Below are positions 1-10,019 of a stretch of DNA of 64,000 nucleotides, one piece after another. The stretch lies in contig DWXD01000035.1 of the NCBI GenBank assembly GCA_019119365.1, positions 9,271 through 73,270 of the forward strand. Reading direction: 5' to 3'. Under the pieces are notes generated by a model. That model had not been told where the DNA came from. It saw nothing but the letters and a program-made list of their open reading frames with translations, and ran no database searches. Within the stretch, counting starts at the first letter, position 1, and the number at the start of each line of letters is the position of its first letter. The position numbers and the translations under genes were made by a program. Origin of the DNA: Candidatus Gemmiger stercoripullorum. GTDB taxonomy: Bacteria > Bacillota > Clostridia > Oscillospirales > Ruminococcaceae.

Positions 1-3000
1 CAGCACGCTGCCGTTGGGGTTGTAGCGCTGGTCCATCGTCGGCACGCAATCGGGGCCGACATACTGCGTCGCAATTTGACCGTTTTCGATCAGCTTGCGC
101 AGCAGGGCGTCGTTGCAGACAAAGCGGCCTTCGCCATGGCTGATGGCGATCAGGTGCTCGTCATTGACATCGCACTCCGAAAGCCACGGGCTCTTGTTGG
201 AAGCAACGCGCGTGCGCACCAGCATGCTCTGGTGGCGGTGCACGGTGTTGAAGGTCAGCGTCGGGTCGTCGGCCGTGATCGGGCGGATCTCGCCGTAGGG
301 GACAAGCCCCAGCTTGATCAGCGCCTGGAACCCGTTGCAGATGCCCAGCGCCAGGCCGTCGCGCTCGTTCAGCAGGCGGTTGACCGCGTCGGCCACAGCC
401 GGGGCGCGGAAGAACGCCGTGATGAACTTGGCCGAACCGTCCGGCTCGTCGCCGCCGGAGAAACCGCCCGGCAGCATCAGGATCTGCGCGGCGTCCAGCT
501 CGCGCACCAGCGCTTCACAGCTCTCGGCCACGTCGGCGGGGGTCAGGTTTTTCAGCACCAGCACATACGGGTCGCCTCCGGCGCGGCGGAACGCGCGCGC
601 GGTGTCGTATTCGCAGTTGGTGCCCGGGAACACCGGGATGATGACGCGCGGCGTCGCCAGGCGCACGGCGGGGGCGACGCGCTGGAAGGCGTTGCAGCTG
701 TATTCCAGCGCCTGCACCGGCTGCCCGGCGCGGCGGTAGGGGAATACCGGTTCGAGCTTGGCTTCCCAGATCTCCTGCAGCGGGGCCAGGTCCAGGTCCT
801 CGCCGCCTGCCACCAGCGTATAGTCGACCGTCGTGGTGCCCAAAAACTCACCGGCGCTCGCCTCCAGCAGCTCAAGGATCACCGCGCCGTAGCACGGCTT
901 GAGCAGGCTGTCGGGGTCAATGTTGCCGTTGAGGTGCAGGCCCAGGCGGTTGCCCAGGCACATTTTGAACAGCGCTTCGGCCACGCCGCCGAAACCGGGC
1001 GTGGCGGCGGCCAGGACCTTGCCTTCTTCAATCATCTGCTCGACGATCTTATAAATCGAGAGCAGGCTGCCGATCTCGGGCAGGCCGTCCTTATACTGCG
1101 GCTTGAGGATGACCACCGCGCTGCCGGATTTCTTGAACTCGGGGCTCAGCACACGGCGCGTGTTGCCCACGGCGGTGGCAAAGCTGACCAGCGTGGGCGG
1201 CACGTCCAGCCCTTCAAAGCTGCCGGACATGCTGTCCTTGCCGCCGATGGAGGCGATGCCCAGCCCCATCTGCGCGTCCAGCGCGCCGAGCAGCGCCGCC
1301 ATCGGCTTGCCCCAGCGCTCCGGCTGTTCGCCCATGTGCTCAAAATATTCCTGGAAGGTCAGGTACATGTCCTCGTGGCGGAACCCGGCGCAAACCAGTT
1401 TGGTCACGCTCTCCACCACCGCCAGGAAAGCGCCGCGGTAGGGGTCCGCCTCGGTCAGGTAGGGGTTGAAGCCCCAGGCCATGCCGCTGCAGGTCGTCGT
1501 CTCGCCGTCCACCGGCAGTTTGGCGGCCATCGCCATGGCGGGGGTCAGCTGGTATTTGCCGCCGTAGGGCATCAGCACGGTCGCTGCGCCGATCGTCGAA
1601 TCGAACCGCTCGCCCAGGCCTTTCTTGCAGCAGACGTTGAGGTCGCCGACCATCGCCTGCATCTTTTCGCCAAAGGTGTTGCCGGGCCAGGCCGGGGTCC
1701 AGCTGTGTCCGGCTTCAATGTGCACGCTGGCGTGGCGTTCCGCGCCGTTGGAGCTCAGGAACTCGCGCGAAAGATCAACGATGGCAGCGCCGTTCCACAG
1801 CTCGACCATGCGCTTTTCTTCCGTGACGGTGGCGACGATGGTCGCTTCGAGGTTCTCCTCGTTGGCTAGGGCGATGAAGGGCGCGGCGTCCTCGGGCGCT
1901 ACGGCCACGGCCATGCGTTCCTGGCTTTCGCTGATGGCCAGCTCGGTGCCGTCCAGACCCTCGTACTTTTTGGTCACTTTGTTCAAATCAATGCACAGCC
2001 CGTCGGCCAGTTCGCCGATGGCGACCGACACGCCGCCCGCGCCGAAGTCGTTGCAGCGCTTGATCATGCGGCAGGCGTCCTCGCGCCGGAACAGGCGCTG
2101 CAGCTTGCGCTCGATGGGGGCGTTGCCTTTCTGCACTTCGGCGCCGCAGGTTTCGAGGCTCGACAGCTTGTGCGCCTTGCTCGAACCCGTTGCGCCGCCG
2201 ATACCGTCGCGGCCGGTGCGGCCGCCCAGCAGGATGATCACGTCGCCGGGGGCCGGTTCCTCGCGGCGCACATGGCTCGCGAGCGTCGCGCCCACCACCG
2301 CGCCGATCTCCATGCGCTTGGCGACATAGCCGGGGTGGTAGAGCTCATCCACCTGCCCGGTTGCCAGGCCGATCTGGTTGCCGTAACTCGAATACCCCCG
2401 TGCGGCGGTTGTCACCAGCTTGCGCTGCGGCAGTTTGCCGGACATCGTTTCCTGCACGGGCACCAGCGGGTCGCCCGCGCCGGTCACGCGCATGGCCTGG
2501 TAAACATAGCTGCGGCCCGAAAGCGGGTCGCGGATCGCGCCGCCGATGCAGGTGGCCGCGCCGCCGAACGGCTCGATCTCGGTCGGGTGGTTGTGGGTCT
2601 CGTTCTTGAACAGGAACAGCCAGTCCTGCTCCTCGCCGTCCACGTCGCATTTGATCTTGACCGTGCAGGCGTTGATCTCCTCGCTCTCGTCAAGGTTCTT
2701 GAGGATGCCGCGCTGCTTGAGAGCTTTGGCCCCGATGGTGGCGGCGTCCATCAGCGTGCGCTTTTTGGCGTCGCGGCCGGTCTCTTTGCGCAGGGCCATG
2801 TAGCGGTCAAACGCCGCCTGCACGATGGCGTCGTCGATCTTCACATCGTCCAGGATCGTGCCGAACGTCGTGTGGCGGCAGTGGTCGCTCCAGTAGGTGT
2901 CGATGACCTTGATCTCGGTGATGGTCGGGTCGCGGTGCTCGCTGCGGAAATATTCCTGGCAGAACAGGATGTCGGCATGGTCCATGGCCAGCCCCTGCTC

Positions 3001-3540
3001 CTGGCGGAACTGCTCGAGCGCGGCTTCGTCCTTGTCAATAAAGCCGGTCAGCGTCTCGACGGCGCTGGGGATGGCGAACTCCATCTTCAGCGTCTCGCGC
3101 TCGGCAAGGCTCGCCTCGCGCGCTTCGACCGGGTTGATGACGTATTTCTTGATCGCGGCGAGGTCCGCCTCGCTCAAATCGCCTTCCAGCAGGTAGACGC
3201 GCGCGCTGCGTACGTCGGGGCGTTCGCCCTGGCTCAGCAGCTGGATGCACTGGCTGGCCGAATCGGCGCGCTGGTCAAACTGGCCGGGCAGATACTCGAC
3301 CGCAAAGACCGTGCCCGCCGCGGGCAGCTCGTCATACGTCACATCGACCGGCGGCTCGCTGAACACGGTGGGAATGGCCTTTTCAAACAGCTCGCGGTCA
3401 ATGCCCTCCACGTCGTAGCGGTTGAGCAGGCGCAGGCTTTTAAGCCCCTGGATGCCCAGCAGTTCGGTCAGTTCGTGGTACAGCCCCTGCGCTTCGCCGT
3501 CGAAACCGGGCTTCTTCTCCACATAGATGCGGTATACCAT
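1..3540 (-). CDS. purL: Phosphoribosylformylglycinamidine synthase, large single-chain type (3' end outside window)
   Basis: Not in the ORF track because there is no stop in the window. Manual reading: ATG at 3540 gives MVYRIYVEKKPGFD; contains DTYWSDHCRH, NETHNHPTEIEPFGGAATCIGG, GGRTGRDGIGGATGSSK and glutaminase-domain FPGTNCEYD; at position 1 it reads ...YNPNGSVL, still in frame. Last gene of the pur cluster. Confidence 0.95.
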   Translation of the reverse strand, partial: MVYRIYVEKKPGFDGEAQGLYHELTELLGIQGLKSLRLLNRYDVEGIDRELFEKAIPTVFSEPPVDVTYDELPAAGTVFAVEYLPGQFDQRADSASQCIQLLSQGERPDVRSARVYLLEGDLSEADLAAIKKYVINPVEAREASLAERETLKMEFAIPSAVETLTGFIDKDEAALEQFRQEQGLAMDHADILFCQEYFRSEHRDPTITEIKVIDTYWSDHCRHTTFGTILDDVKIDDAIVQAAFDRYMALRKETGRDAKKRTLMDAATIGAKALKQRGILKNLDESEEINACTVKIKCDVDGEEQDWLFLFKNETHNHPTEIEPFGGAATCIGGAIRDPLSGRSYVYQAMRVTGAGDPLVPVQETMSGKLPQRKLVTTAARGYSSYGNQIGLATGQVDELYHPGYVAKRMEIGAVVGATLASHVRREEPAPGDVIILLGGRTGRDGIGGATGSSKAHKLSSLETCGAEVQKGNAPIERKLQRLFRREDACRMIKRCNDFGAGGVSVAIGELADGLCIDLNKVTKKYEGLDGTELAISESQERMAVAVAPEDAAPFIALANEENLEATIVATVTEEKRMVELWNGAAIVDLSREFLSSNGAERHASVHIEAGHSWTPAWPGNTFGEKMQAMVGDLNVCCKKGLGERFDSTIGAATVLMPYGGKYQLTPAMAMAAKLPVDGETTTCSGMAWGFNPYLTEADPYRGAFLAVVESVTKLVCAGFRHEDMYLTFQEYFEHMGEQPERWGKPMAALLGALDAQMGLGIASIGGKDSMSGSFEGLDVPPTLVSFATAVGNTRRVLSPEFKKSGSAVVILKPQYKDGLPEIGSLLSIYKIVEQMIEEGKVLAAATPGFGGVAEALFKMCLGNRLGLHLNGNIDPDSLLKPCYGAVILELLEASAGEFLGTTTVDYTLVAGGEDLDLAPLQEIWEAKLEPVFPYRRAGQPVQALEYSCNAFQRVAPAVRLATPRVIIPVFPGTNCEYDTARAFRRAGGDPYVLVLKNLTPADVAESCEALVRELDAAQILMLPGGFSGGDEPDGSAKFITAFFRAPAVADAVNRLLNERDGLALGICNGFQALIKLGLVPYGEIRPITADDPTLTFNTVHRHQSMLVRTRVASNKSPWLSECDVNDEHLIAISHGEGRFVCNDALLRKLIENGQIATQYVGPDCVPTMDQRYNPNGSVL

Positions 3541-3552
3541 TCGGGGACCTCC

Positions 3553-4845
3553 TTAGTTTTCGGAAAGGGCGGCCAGCGCGCGGCGGCCGATGTCGCTGCG
3601 CATGTGCGCGCCTTCAAAATGGATGCGCCGCGCGGCCGCATAGGCTTTGTCCAGCGCCTGCGGCAGCGTATCGCCGGTGGCGGTCACGCCCAGCACACGG
3701 CCGCCCGCCGTCACGAGCTTGCCGTCCTTGACGGCGGTCCCGGCGTGGTAGACCGTCACCTCGGGCGCGTCGGGCAGCTGGCCTTCGGTCAGGCCGGTGA
3801 TCTCCTTGCCCTTCTCATAGGCGACCGGATACCCGCCGGAAGCCAGCACCACGCAGGCCGCCGCGCCGTCGCGGAATTTGACCTCGGTTTTGTCCAGCGT
3901 GCCGTTGGTCGTGGCCTGCATGATGGTCAGCAGGTCGCTTTCCAGCAGCGGCAGCACGACCTGCGCCTCGGGGTCGCCAAAACGGCAGTTGTACTCGATG
4001 ACCTTCGGCCCGTCGGGGGTGATCATCAGCCCGAAATACAGGCAGCCCTTGAACGGGCAGCCCTCGGCGGCCATGGCGGCCACGGTGGGCTTGAAAATCT
4101 TCTCCATGCACACAGCGGCTACGTCCGGGGTATAGTAGGGGTTCGGGGCCACGGTGCCCATGCCGCCGGTGTTGAGCCCCTCGTCGCCGTCCAAGGCGCG
4201 CTTGTGGTCCATGCTGGAGACCATCGGCACGACGGTTTTGCCGTCGCAGAAGGACAGCACGCTGACTTCGGGCCCGGTCAAAAATTCTTCCACGACCACA
4301 CGGTTGCCCGAAGCGCCGAACTTTTTGTCCAGCATGATCTCCTTAACGCCCGCCTCGGCCTCGGCTTCGTCCTGGCAGATCAGCACGCCCTTGCCCAGCG
4401 CCAGGCCGTCGGCCTTGACGACGACCGGGTACTGCCCGCGCGCGCGGATGTAGTCCATCGCGGCCGCCGCGTCGTCGAACGTTTCGTAGGCGGCGGTCGG
4501 GATGCCGTATTTTTTCATCAGATCCTTGCTGAACACCTTGCTGGCCTCGATGCGGGCGGCCGCGGCGGTGGGACCGAAAGAGGGGATGCCGACCCGCGCC
4601 AGCTCGTCTACCATGCCCAGCGCCAGCGGGTCGTCCTGTGCCACAACGGCATAGTCAAAACCTTCCTCTTTGGCATAAGCGACCATGGCGGGCACGTCGG
4701 TGGCCGGGATGGCTTTGCACACGGCGTCATAGCCGATGCCGCCGTTGCCCGGGGCGCAGTACAGCTGCGGGTGCAGCGGGCTCTTTTGCAGCGCGCGGAG
4801 GATCGCGTGTTCACGCCCCCCGCCGCCAACAACGAGAATCTTCAT
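3553..4845 (-). CDS. purD: Phosphoribosylamine-glycine ligase
   Basis: MKILVVGGGGREHA, APGNGG, KADGLALGKGV, EYNCRFGDPE, GGRVLGV motifs. Confidence 0.97.
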   Translation of the reverse strand: MKILVVGGGGREHAILRALQKSPLHPQLYCAPGNGGIGYDAVCKAIPATDVPAMVAYAKEEGFDYAVVAQDDPLALGMVDELARVGIPSFGPTAAAARIEASKVFSKDLMKKYGIPTAAYETFDDAAAAMDYIRARGQYPVVVKADGLALGKGVLICQDEAEAEAGVKEIMLDKKFGASGNRVVVEEFLTGPEVSVLSFCDGKTVVPMVSSMDHKRALDGDEGLNTGGMGTVAPNPYYTPDVAAVCMEKIFKPTVAAMAAEGCPFKGCLYFGLMITPDGPKVIEYNCRFGDPEAQVVLPLLESDLLTIMQATTNGTLDKTEVKFRDGAAACVVLASGGYPVAYEKGKEITGLTEGQLPDAPEVTVYHAGTAVKDGKLVTAGGRVLGVTATGDTLPQALDKAYAAARRIHFEGAHMRSDIGRRALAALSEN

Positions 4846-4919
4846 AAGCGTACTCCTTTGAACAGCAGCGGCCCGCAGCGAAAAAACGCTGCAGGCGCGT
4901 GTGATTTTTCAGATATACC

Positions 4920-6101
4920 TCAATGGTGGAACAGGCGGATGCCGCAGAACGCCATCGCGATGCCGTACTTGTTGCAGGTGTCAATGACCTGCTGGTCGCG
5001 GATGGAGCCGCCCGGCTGCACAATGGCGGTCACGCCGCTGCGGCGCGCGCGCTCGATGTTGTCGCCAAACGGGAAGAACGCATCGCTGCCCAGCGCCACG
5101 CCGGTCACCTTGCCCAGCCAGGCGGCCTTTTCCTCGGCCGTCAGCGGTACGGGCTGCTCGGTGAAGGTCTCGGCCCAGACATCGTCGCCAATGACATCCT
5201 CCGGCGTGTCGCCGATGTACACGTCGATGGCGTTGTCGCGGTTGGGTTTGGTCACATCATCGCGGAAGGGCAGGTCCAGCACTTTGGGCATGTGGCGCAG
5301 CTGCCAGTTGTCGGCCTTCTGGCCCGCCAGGCGGGTGCAGTGGATGCGGCTCTGCTGCCCGGCGCCCACGCCGATTGTCTGGCCGCCCTGCACATAGCAC
5401 ACGCTGTTGGACTGCGTGTACTTGAGCACGATCAGGCTCATGACCAGGTCGCGCTTCTGCTCTTCGGTCAGGGTCTTGTTTTCGGTCACGATGTTTGCAA
5501 GCATCGTGTCGGCCGTGATGGCCAGGTCCTGGCGGCCCTGCTCAAACGTGACGCCGTACACCGTGCGGCGCTCGAGCGGGGCGGGGGTGTACGCCGGGTC
5601 AATGGCGACGATGTTGTAGTTGCCCTTCTTTTTGCTCTTGAGCACTTCCAGCGCGTCATCGTCATAGCCGGGGGCGATGATGCCGTCGCTGACTTCGTGC
5701 TGGATGAGCCGGGCGGTGGCCAGGTCACACACGTCGGACAGCGCGATCCAGTCGCCGAAGCTCGACATACGGTCGGCCCCGCGCGCGCGGGCATAGGCGC
5801 AGGCAAGGGGAGAGAGCTCCGTCTCCGGGGCAATGTGGTACATGCGGCGCAGCGTCGCGTCCAGCGGCAGGCCCACGGCCGCCCCGGCAGGGGAGACGTG
5901 CTTGAAGCTGGCGGCGGCAGGCAGGCCCAGCGCGCCCTTCAGGTCCTTGACGAGCTGGTAGCTGTTGAAGGCGTCGAGAAAGTTGATGTACCCCGGCTTG
6001 CCGTTGAGGATCGTCACCGGCAGCTCGCTGCCGTCCGCCATAAAGATGCGGGCCGGTTTCTGGTTGGGGTTGGTGCCGTATTTCAGCTGAAATTCGTTCA
6101 T
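4920..6101 (-). CDS. purH: AICAR transformylase (short PurH lacking the N-terminal MGS-like IMP cyclohydrolase domain)
   Basis: Starts at LKYGTNPNQ (the LRYGENPHQ motif opening the transformylase domain); SFKHVSPAGAA, KYTQSNSV, GAGQQSRIHC, SDAFFPF, QPGGSIRD; only 393 aa. Confidence 0.92.
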   Translation of the reverse strand: MNEFQLKYGTNPNQKPARIFMADGSELPVTILNGKPGYINFLDAFNSYQLVKDLKGALGLPAAASFKHVSPAGAAVGLPLDATLRRMYHIAPETELSPLACAYARARGADRMSSFGDWIALSDVCDLATARLIQHEVSDGIIAPGYDDDALEVLKSKKKGNYNIVAIDPAYTPAPLERRTVYGVTFEQGRQDLAITADTMLANIVTENKTLTEEQKRDLVMSLIVLKYTQSNSVCYVQGGQTIGVGAGQQSRIHCTRLAGQKADNWQLRHMPKVLDLPFRDDVTKPNRDNAIDVYIGDTPEDVIGDDVWAETFTEQPVPLTAEEKAAWLGKVTGVALGSDAFFPFGDNIERARRSGVTAIVQPGGSIRDQQVIDTCNKYGIAMAFCGIRLFHH

Positions 6102-6103
6102 GG

Positions 6104-6841
6104 TTAGCCCTCCACCTTGTCGTATTTGTTGAGGATGACATCCTCATAATCGCCGGTGCCCAGCTCAATGCAGCGCACGAACAGGCTGACCTTGTTGTCG
6201 GCGTTCAGCGCCGCCCACAGCTTGCCGGCATACTCGCCCGGGTCGCTTTCATCGACCGCCACGCGGACCGGTTCGCCCGCAAAGCTCGGGATCGGGTCGC
6301 CGTTTTTCTGGTAGGTCGTCAGCAGGTGGCCTTCCCCGGCGACCGGCTGCGGATAATCGAAGGTCTGGCGCTGGACGCTGTCGTCGTTGCCTTCGCAGCT
6401 TTTCAGGATGCTCAGCTTGTAGCCGCCCAGGCGCATGTCCACAACGCCGGAAATGCGCGGGGTAAAATTCGGCGCGTCGTCCTCGAACGTGCGGGTCGCC
6501 AGCGCGGCCTCAAAGCTGTAGCCGGGGAACAGACCGTCCCGGATGAAATCATAGATCGTATCGGTCTGGTCGCCGTTGGTCACGATGGTGGTATCGCCCA
6601 GGGTCAGCACCGGGTTGTAGATGATCAGGTGCGGGTCCTGCATTTTGGCCGGGTCGGCGGCGACCGTGCGGATGCCGCCGCGCTCGGGCAGCGCCTCGAA
6701 CACGCGGTTGCGGCTGTTGGCGCTGCGGCCCATGATCCAGTAGCCGATCATCACATGCGCGCCGTCCGGCGCCAGGCCGATGCAGATGCCGCGGCCGGGA
6801 TATTCGTTGCCGGAAAGATACTTGTACAGATTCTTTTTCAT
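6104..6841 (-). CDS. Stand-alone IMP cyclohydrolase-like protein (PurO-like family)
   Basis: YPGRGI, YWIMGRSANSRNRVF, IIYNP, IVTNGDQTD, FEDDAPNFTPRISG motifs; lies between purN and the truncated purH. Confidence 0.85.
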   Translation of the reverse strand: MKKNLYKYLSGNEYPGRGICIGLAPDGAHVMIGYWIMGRSANSRNRVFEALPERGGIRTVAADPAKMQDPHLIIYNPVLTLGDTTIVTNGDQTDTIYDFIRDGLFPGYSFEAALATRTFEDDAPNFTPRISGVVDMRLGGYKLSILKSCEGNDDSVQRQTFDYPQPVAGEGHLLTTYQKNGDPIPSFAGEPVRVAVDESDPGEYAGKLWAALNADNKVSLFVRCIELGTGDYEDVILNKYDKVEG

Positions 6842-6844
6842 CGC

Positions 6845-7438
6845 TTACACCTCGTCATTGCACACCATGGCGATGGCCTTGGGCAGCAGTTTCCATTCTG
6901 CCTCGACCATCACGCGCTTCTGCAGCGTTTCGGGGGTGTCGCCGGGCCGGATGTCGACCGCTTTCTGCAAAAGGATCGGCCCGCCGTCGCACTCCTCGTT
7001 GACAAAATGTACGGTGGCGCCGGTCACTTTTACGCCGCGCGCCAGCGCCGCCTCATGCACCCGCAGCCCATAGAACCCCGGCCCGCAGAAGCTGGGGATC
7101 AAACTCGGGTGGACGTTCAAAATACGGTTCGGATACGCGGCGATCACGCTCGGCCCCAGCACGCTCAAAAACCCGGCCAGCACGACCAGATCAATGTTGT
7201 GCCCGGCCAGCACGTCCAGCAGCGCGGCGTCAAACGCTTCGCTGTCCGCATAGTCCCTGCGCGCCACCACGGCGGTGGGCACGCCGAACTGTTCGGCCCG
7301 GGTCAGGGCGTACACGCCCGGCTTGCTGGCCACCACCAGGGCTACCTGCCCGTTCGGGTTTTCGCCCCGGCGTTCGCTTTCCAAAATGGCCTGCAGGTTG
7401 GTCCCGCCGCCGGACACCAGCACTGCGATGCGCTTCAT
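6845..7438 (-). CDS. purN: Phosphoribosylglycinamide formyltransferase
   Basis: VSGGGTNLQA, LAGF, NVHPSLIP, GATVHFV..D.GPI. Confidence 0.97.
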   Translation of the reverse strand: MKRIAVLVSGGGTNLQAILESERRGENPNGQVALVVASKPGVYALTRAEQFGVPTAVVARRDYADSEAFDAALLDVLAGHNIDLVVLAGFLSVLGPSVIAAYPNRILNVHPSLIPSFCGPGFYGLRVHEAALARGVKVTGATVHFVNEECDGGPILLQKAVDIRPGDTPETLQKRVMVEAEWKLLPKAIAMVCNDEV

Positions 7439-8475
7439 ACCAGCTCCACCCCTTCGCCCTCGGCGATCACGCCCAGGCGGTACGCTTCCTGGCCGTTCGC
7501 CTGCAGGATGTCGATGGCTTTGCCGGCGTCTGCGGCCGCCACGGTCAGCACCATGCCCACGCCCATGTTGAAGGTGTTGAACATGTCGTGCTCGGAAATA
7601 CCGCCCGCTTCGGCAATCAGGCCGAACAGCGCCGGGGTGCGCACATCGGCCTTGGCGATGCGCGCGCAGCAGCCGTCCTTCAGGCTGCGGGGGATGTTCT
7701 CGTAAAAGCCGCCGCCCGTGATATGGGAGACGCCCTTAACGGTCACTTCCTGCATCACGGCCAGCACCGGCTTGACATAGATGCGCGTCGGGGTCAGCAG
7801 CGCTTCGCCCAGCGTGCAACCCAGTTCGTCATACTGCTTGTCCAGGACTTCGGGGTGCTCGTCCAGGCCGAACACTTTGCGCACGAGCGAAAAACCGTTC
7901 GAGTGCACGCCGGTCGAGGGCAGCGCGATCAGCACGTCGCCGGGCTGCATCGTGGAGTTGTCCAGGATCTTGCTCTTGTCGACAACGCCGACCGTGAACC
8001 CGGCCAGGTCGTAGTCGTCCTCCGGCATCACGCCGGGGTGCTCGGCCGTCTCGCCGCCCACAAGGGAGCAGCCCGCCTGCACACAGCCTTCGGCCACGCC
8101 CTTGACGATCTCGGCGATCTTTTCCGGCACGTTCTTGCCGCAGGCGATGTAGTCGAGAAAGACGAGCGGCTTGGCGCCCGCGCAGATCACGTCGTTGACG
8201 CACATCGCCACACAGTCGATGCCGATGGTGTCGTGTTTGTTCATGTACTGCGCCACACGCAGCTTGGTGCCGACGCCGTCGGTGCCGGAGATCAGCACCG
8301 GATGTTCGATGCCGGTGCAGTCCAGCTCAAACAGGCCGCCGAAACCGCCCAGCCCGCCGATGCAGTTCTCGGTCATTGTGCGCGCGACATACTGTTTCAT
8401 CAAACGGACGGCTTCATACCCGGCCGTAATGTCAACGCCGGCCGCGGCGTAGCTTTCGGAATAGCTCTTTTCCAT
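7435..8475 (-). CDS. purM: AIR synthase (phosphoribosylformylglycinamidine cyclo-ligase)
   Basis: YAAAGVDI, GTDGVGTK, GGETAEHPG, GVHSNGFSL, HITGGG, TFNMGVG; ATGA overlap with purN. Confidence 0.97.
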   Translation of the reverse strand: MEKSYSESYAAAGVDITAGYEAVRLMKQYVARTMTENCIGGLGGFGGLFELDCTGIEHPVLISGTDGVGTKLRVAQYMNKHDTIGIDCVAMCVNDVICAGAKPLVFLDYIACGKNVPEKIAEIVKGVAEGCVQAGCSLVGGETAEHPGVMPEDDYDLAGFTVGVVDKSKILDNSTMQPGDVLIALPSTGVHSNGFSLVRKVFGLDEHPEVLDKQYDELGCTLGEALLTPTRIYVKPVLAVMQEVTVKGVSHITGGGFYENIPRSLKDGCCARIAKADVRTPALFGLIAEAGGISEHDMFNTFNMGVGMVLTVAAADAGKAIDILQANGQEAYRLGVIAEGEGVELV

Positions 8476-8492
8476 GTGTCGTCCACTCCTTC

Positions 8493-9965
8493 TTACAGCT
8501 TTTTGTTGGTGTTGGACTGGCTCAGCGGCCGGTCAAAGATATAATCCATCGTCTCGGTGGGCGGGGCGACCGGATACTGCCCGGTAAAGCAGCCCACGCA
8601 GTACTGGCACTGGCTGTGCGGGGCCAGCTGCTGCACATGCTCGACGCTCAGGTACCCCAGCGTGTCCGAGCCGATGAGCTTGTTGATCTCCTCTACCGTA
8701 TGTCCGGTGGCGATCAGCAGCTTCTGGTCGGGGATGTCGGTGCCGAAATAGCACGGGTGGGTGAACGGCGGGGCCGAAATGCGGTAGTGCACCTCTTTGG
8801 CGCCCGCTTCGCGCAGCAGTTTGATCGTGCGGGCGCTGGTCGTGCCGCGCACGATGGAATCGTCCACCAGCACGACCCGCTTGCCCGCCACCGTCGAAGC
8901 GATGGCGTTGAGCTTGATGCGCACGCTGCTTTCGCGCTGTGCCTGGCTGCCCTGGATGAAGGTGCGGCCGACATACTTGTTTTTGATAAAGCCGACGCCG
9001 TAGGGGATGCCGCTCTCCTGCGCAAAGCCGAGCGCGGCGTCCAGCCCGGAATCCGGTGCGCCGATGACCACATCGGCCTCCACCGGGTGCTCCTGCGCCA
9101 GGAACCGCCCGGCCTGCAGCCGGGCCTCATGCACGCAGGTTCCCTCGATGACCGAGTCCGGCCGCGCAAAGTAGATGTACTCAAACACACACAGCGTGTG
9201 CGGCGCGGTGTTGCAGTGGGTGCGGATGCTGCGCATGCCGCTGCGGTCTACGACCACGATCTCGCCGGGCTCCACATCGCGCAGCATTGTGGCGCCGACA
9301 GCGTCCAGCGCGCAGGATTCCGACGCAAAGACGAACCCGGCCCCGTCCGGCAGCTCGCCGACGCACAGCGGGCGGAACCCGTGCGGGTCGCGCGCGGCAA
9401 TCAGCTTGGTGTGGGTCATGATGACCAGGCTGTATGCGCCTTCGATCTGCTCCATCGTGCGGCACACGGCCGTCTCGATATCGGGCGAGACCAGGCGGTT
9501 CTGGGTTAAAAGATAACCGATCACCTCGGTGTCCGACGTTCCGTGGAAGATCGAACCGCTCATCTCCAGCTTGTGGCGCAGCCGCGGGGCGTTGGTCAGG
9601 TTGCCGTTGTGGCACAATGCCATCGCGCCCTTGCAGTGGTGCAGGATCATCGGCTGGGCGTTCGACCGCGTGCGGCGGCCCGAAGTTGCGTAGCGCACAT
9701 GGCCGGTCGCCATCTTGGCGCCTTTGGGCAGGTCCTCCAGCACGCGCTTGGTGAACACCTCGCTCACCAGCCCCAGGTCCCGGTGGCCGGACAGCACGCC
9801 GTCCACGTTCAGCGCCATGCCGCAGCTCTCCTGGCCGCGGTGCTGCAGGGCGTACAGCGCGCTGTACACCGCGCTGATCATGTCGGTCTGCCCGGTGGAA
9901 TCATAGATGCCAAAGACGCCGCACTCCTCGTGCAGGCCGCAGGCATCCGGACAAAATTCGCTCAT
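8493..9965 (-). CDS. purF: Amidophosphoribosyltransferase
   Basis: Propeptide then HEECGVFG (catalytic Cys), LQHRGQES, GHVRYAT, VLVDDSIVRGTT PRPP loop, C-terminal Fe-S Cys cluster. Confidence 0.97.
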   Translation of the reverse strand: MSEFCPDACGLHEECGVFGIYDSTGQTDMISAVYSALYALQHRGQESCGMALNVDGVLSGHRDLGLVSEVFTKRVLEDLPKGAKMATGHVRYATSGRRTRSNAQPMILHHCKGAMALCHNGNLTNAPRLRHKLEMSGSIFHGTSDTEVIGYLLTQNRLVSPDIETAVCRTMEQIEGAYSLVIMTHTKLIAARDPHGFRPLCVGELPDGAGFVFASESCALDAVGATMLRDVEPGEIVVVDRSGMRSIRTHCNTAPHTLCVFEYIYFARPDSVIEGTCVHEARLQAGRFLAQEHPVEADVVIGAPDSGLDAALGFAQESGIPYGVGFIKNKYVGRTFIQGSQAQRESSVRIKLNAIASTVAGKRVVLVDDSIVRGTTSARTIKLLREAGAKEVHYRISAPPFTHPCYFGTDIPDQKLLIATGHTVEEINKLIGSDTLGYLSVEHVQQLAPHSQCQYCVGCFTGQYPVAPPTETMDYIFDRPLSQSNTNKKL

Positions 9966-10019
9966 TCTAACAAAACTCTCCGTTCTATGCGTACAACATG
10001 ACAGGGCAGGAAAGACGCA

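Noticed and set aside
76-5397. Long plus-strand ORFs 76-1869 and 2170-5397
   Set aside because: Antisense shadows of purL/purD/purH in GC-rich DNA; no recognisable motifs or RBS, and the opposite strand carries clear pur genes.
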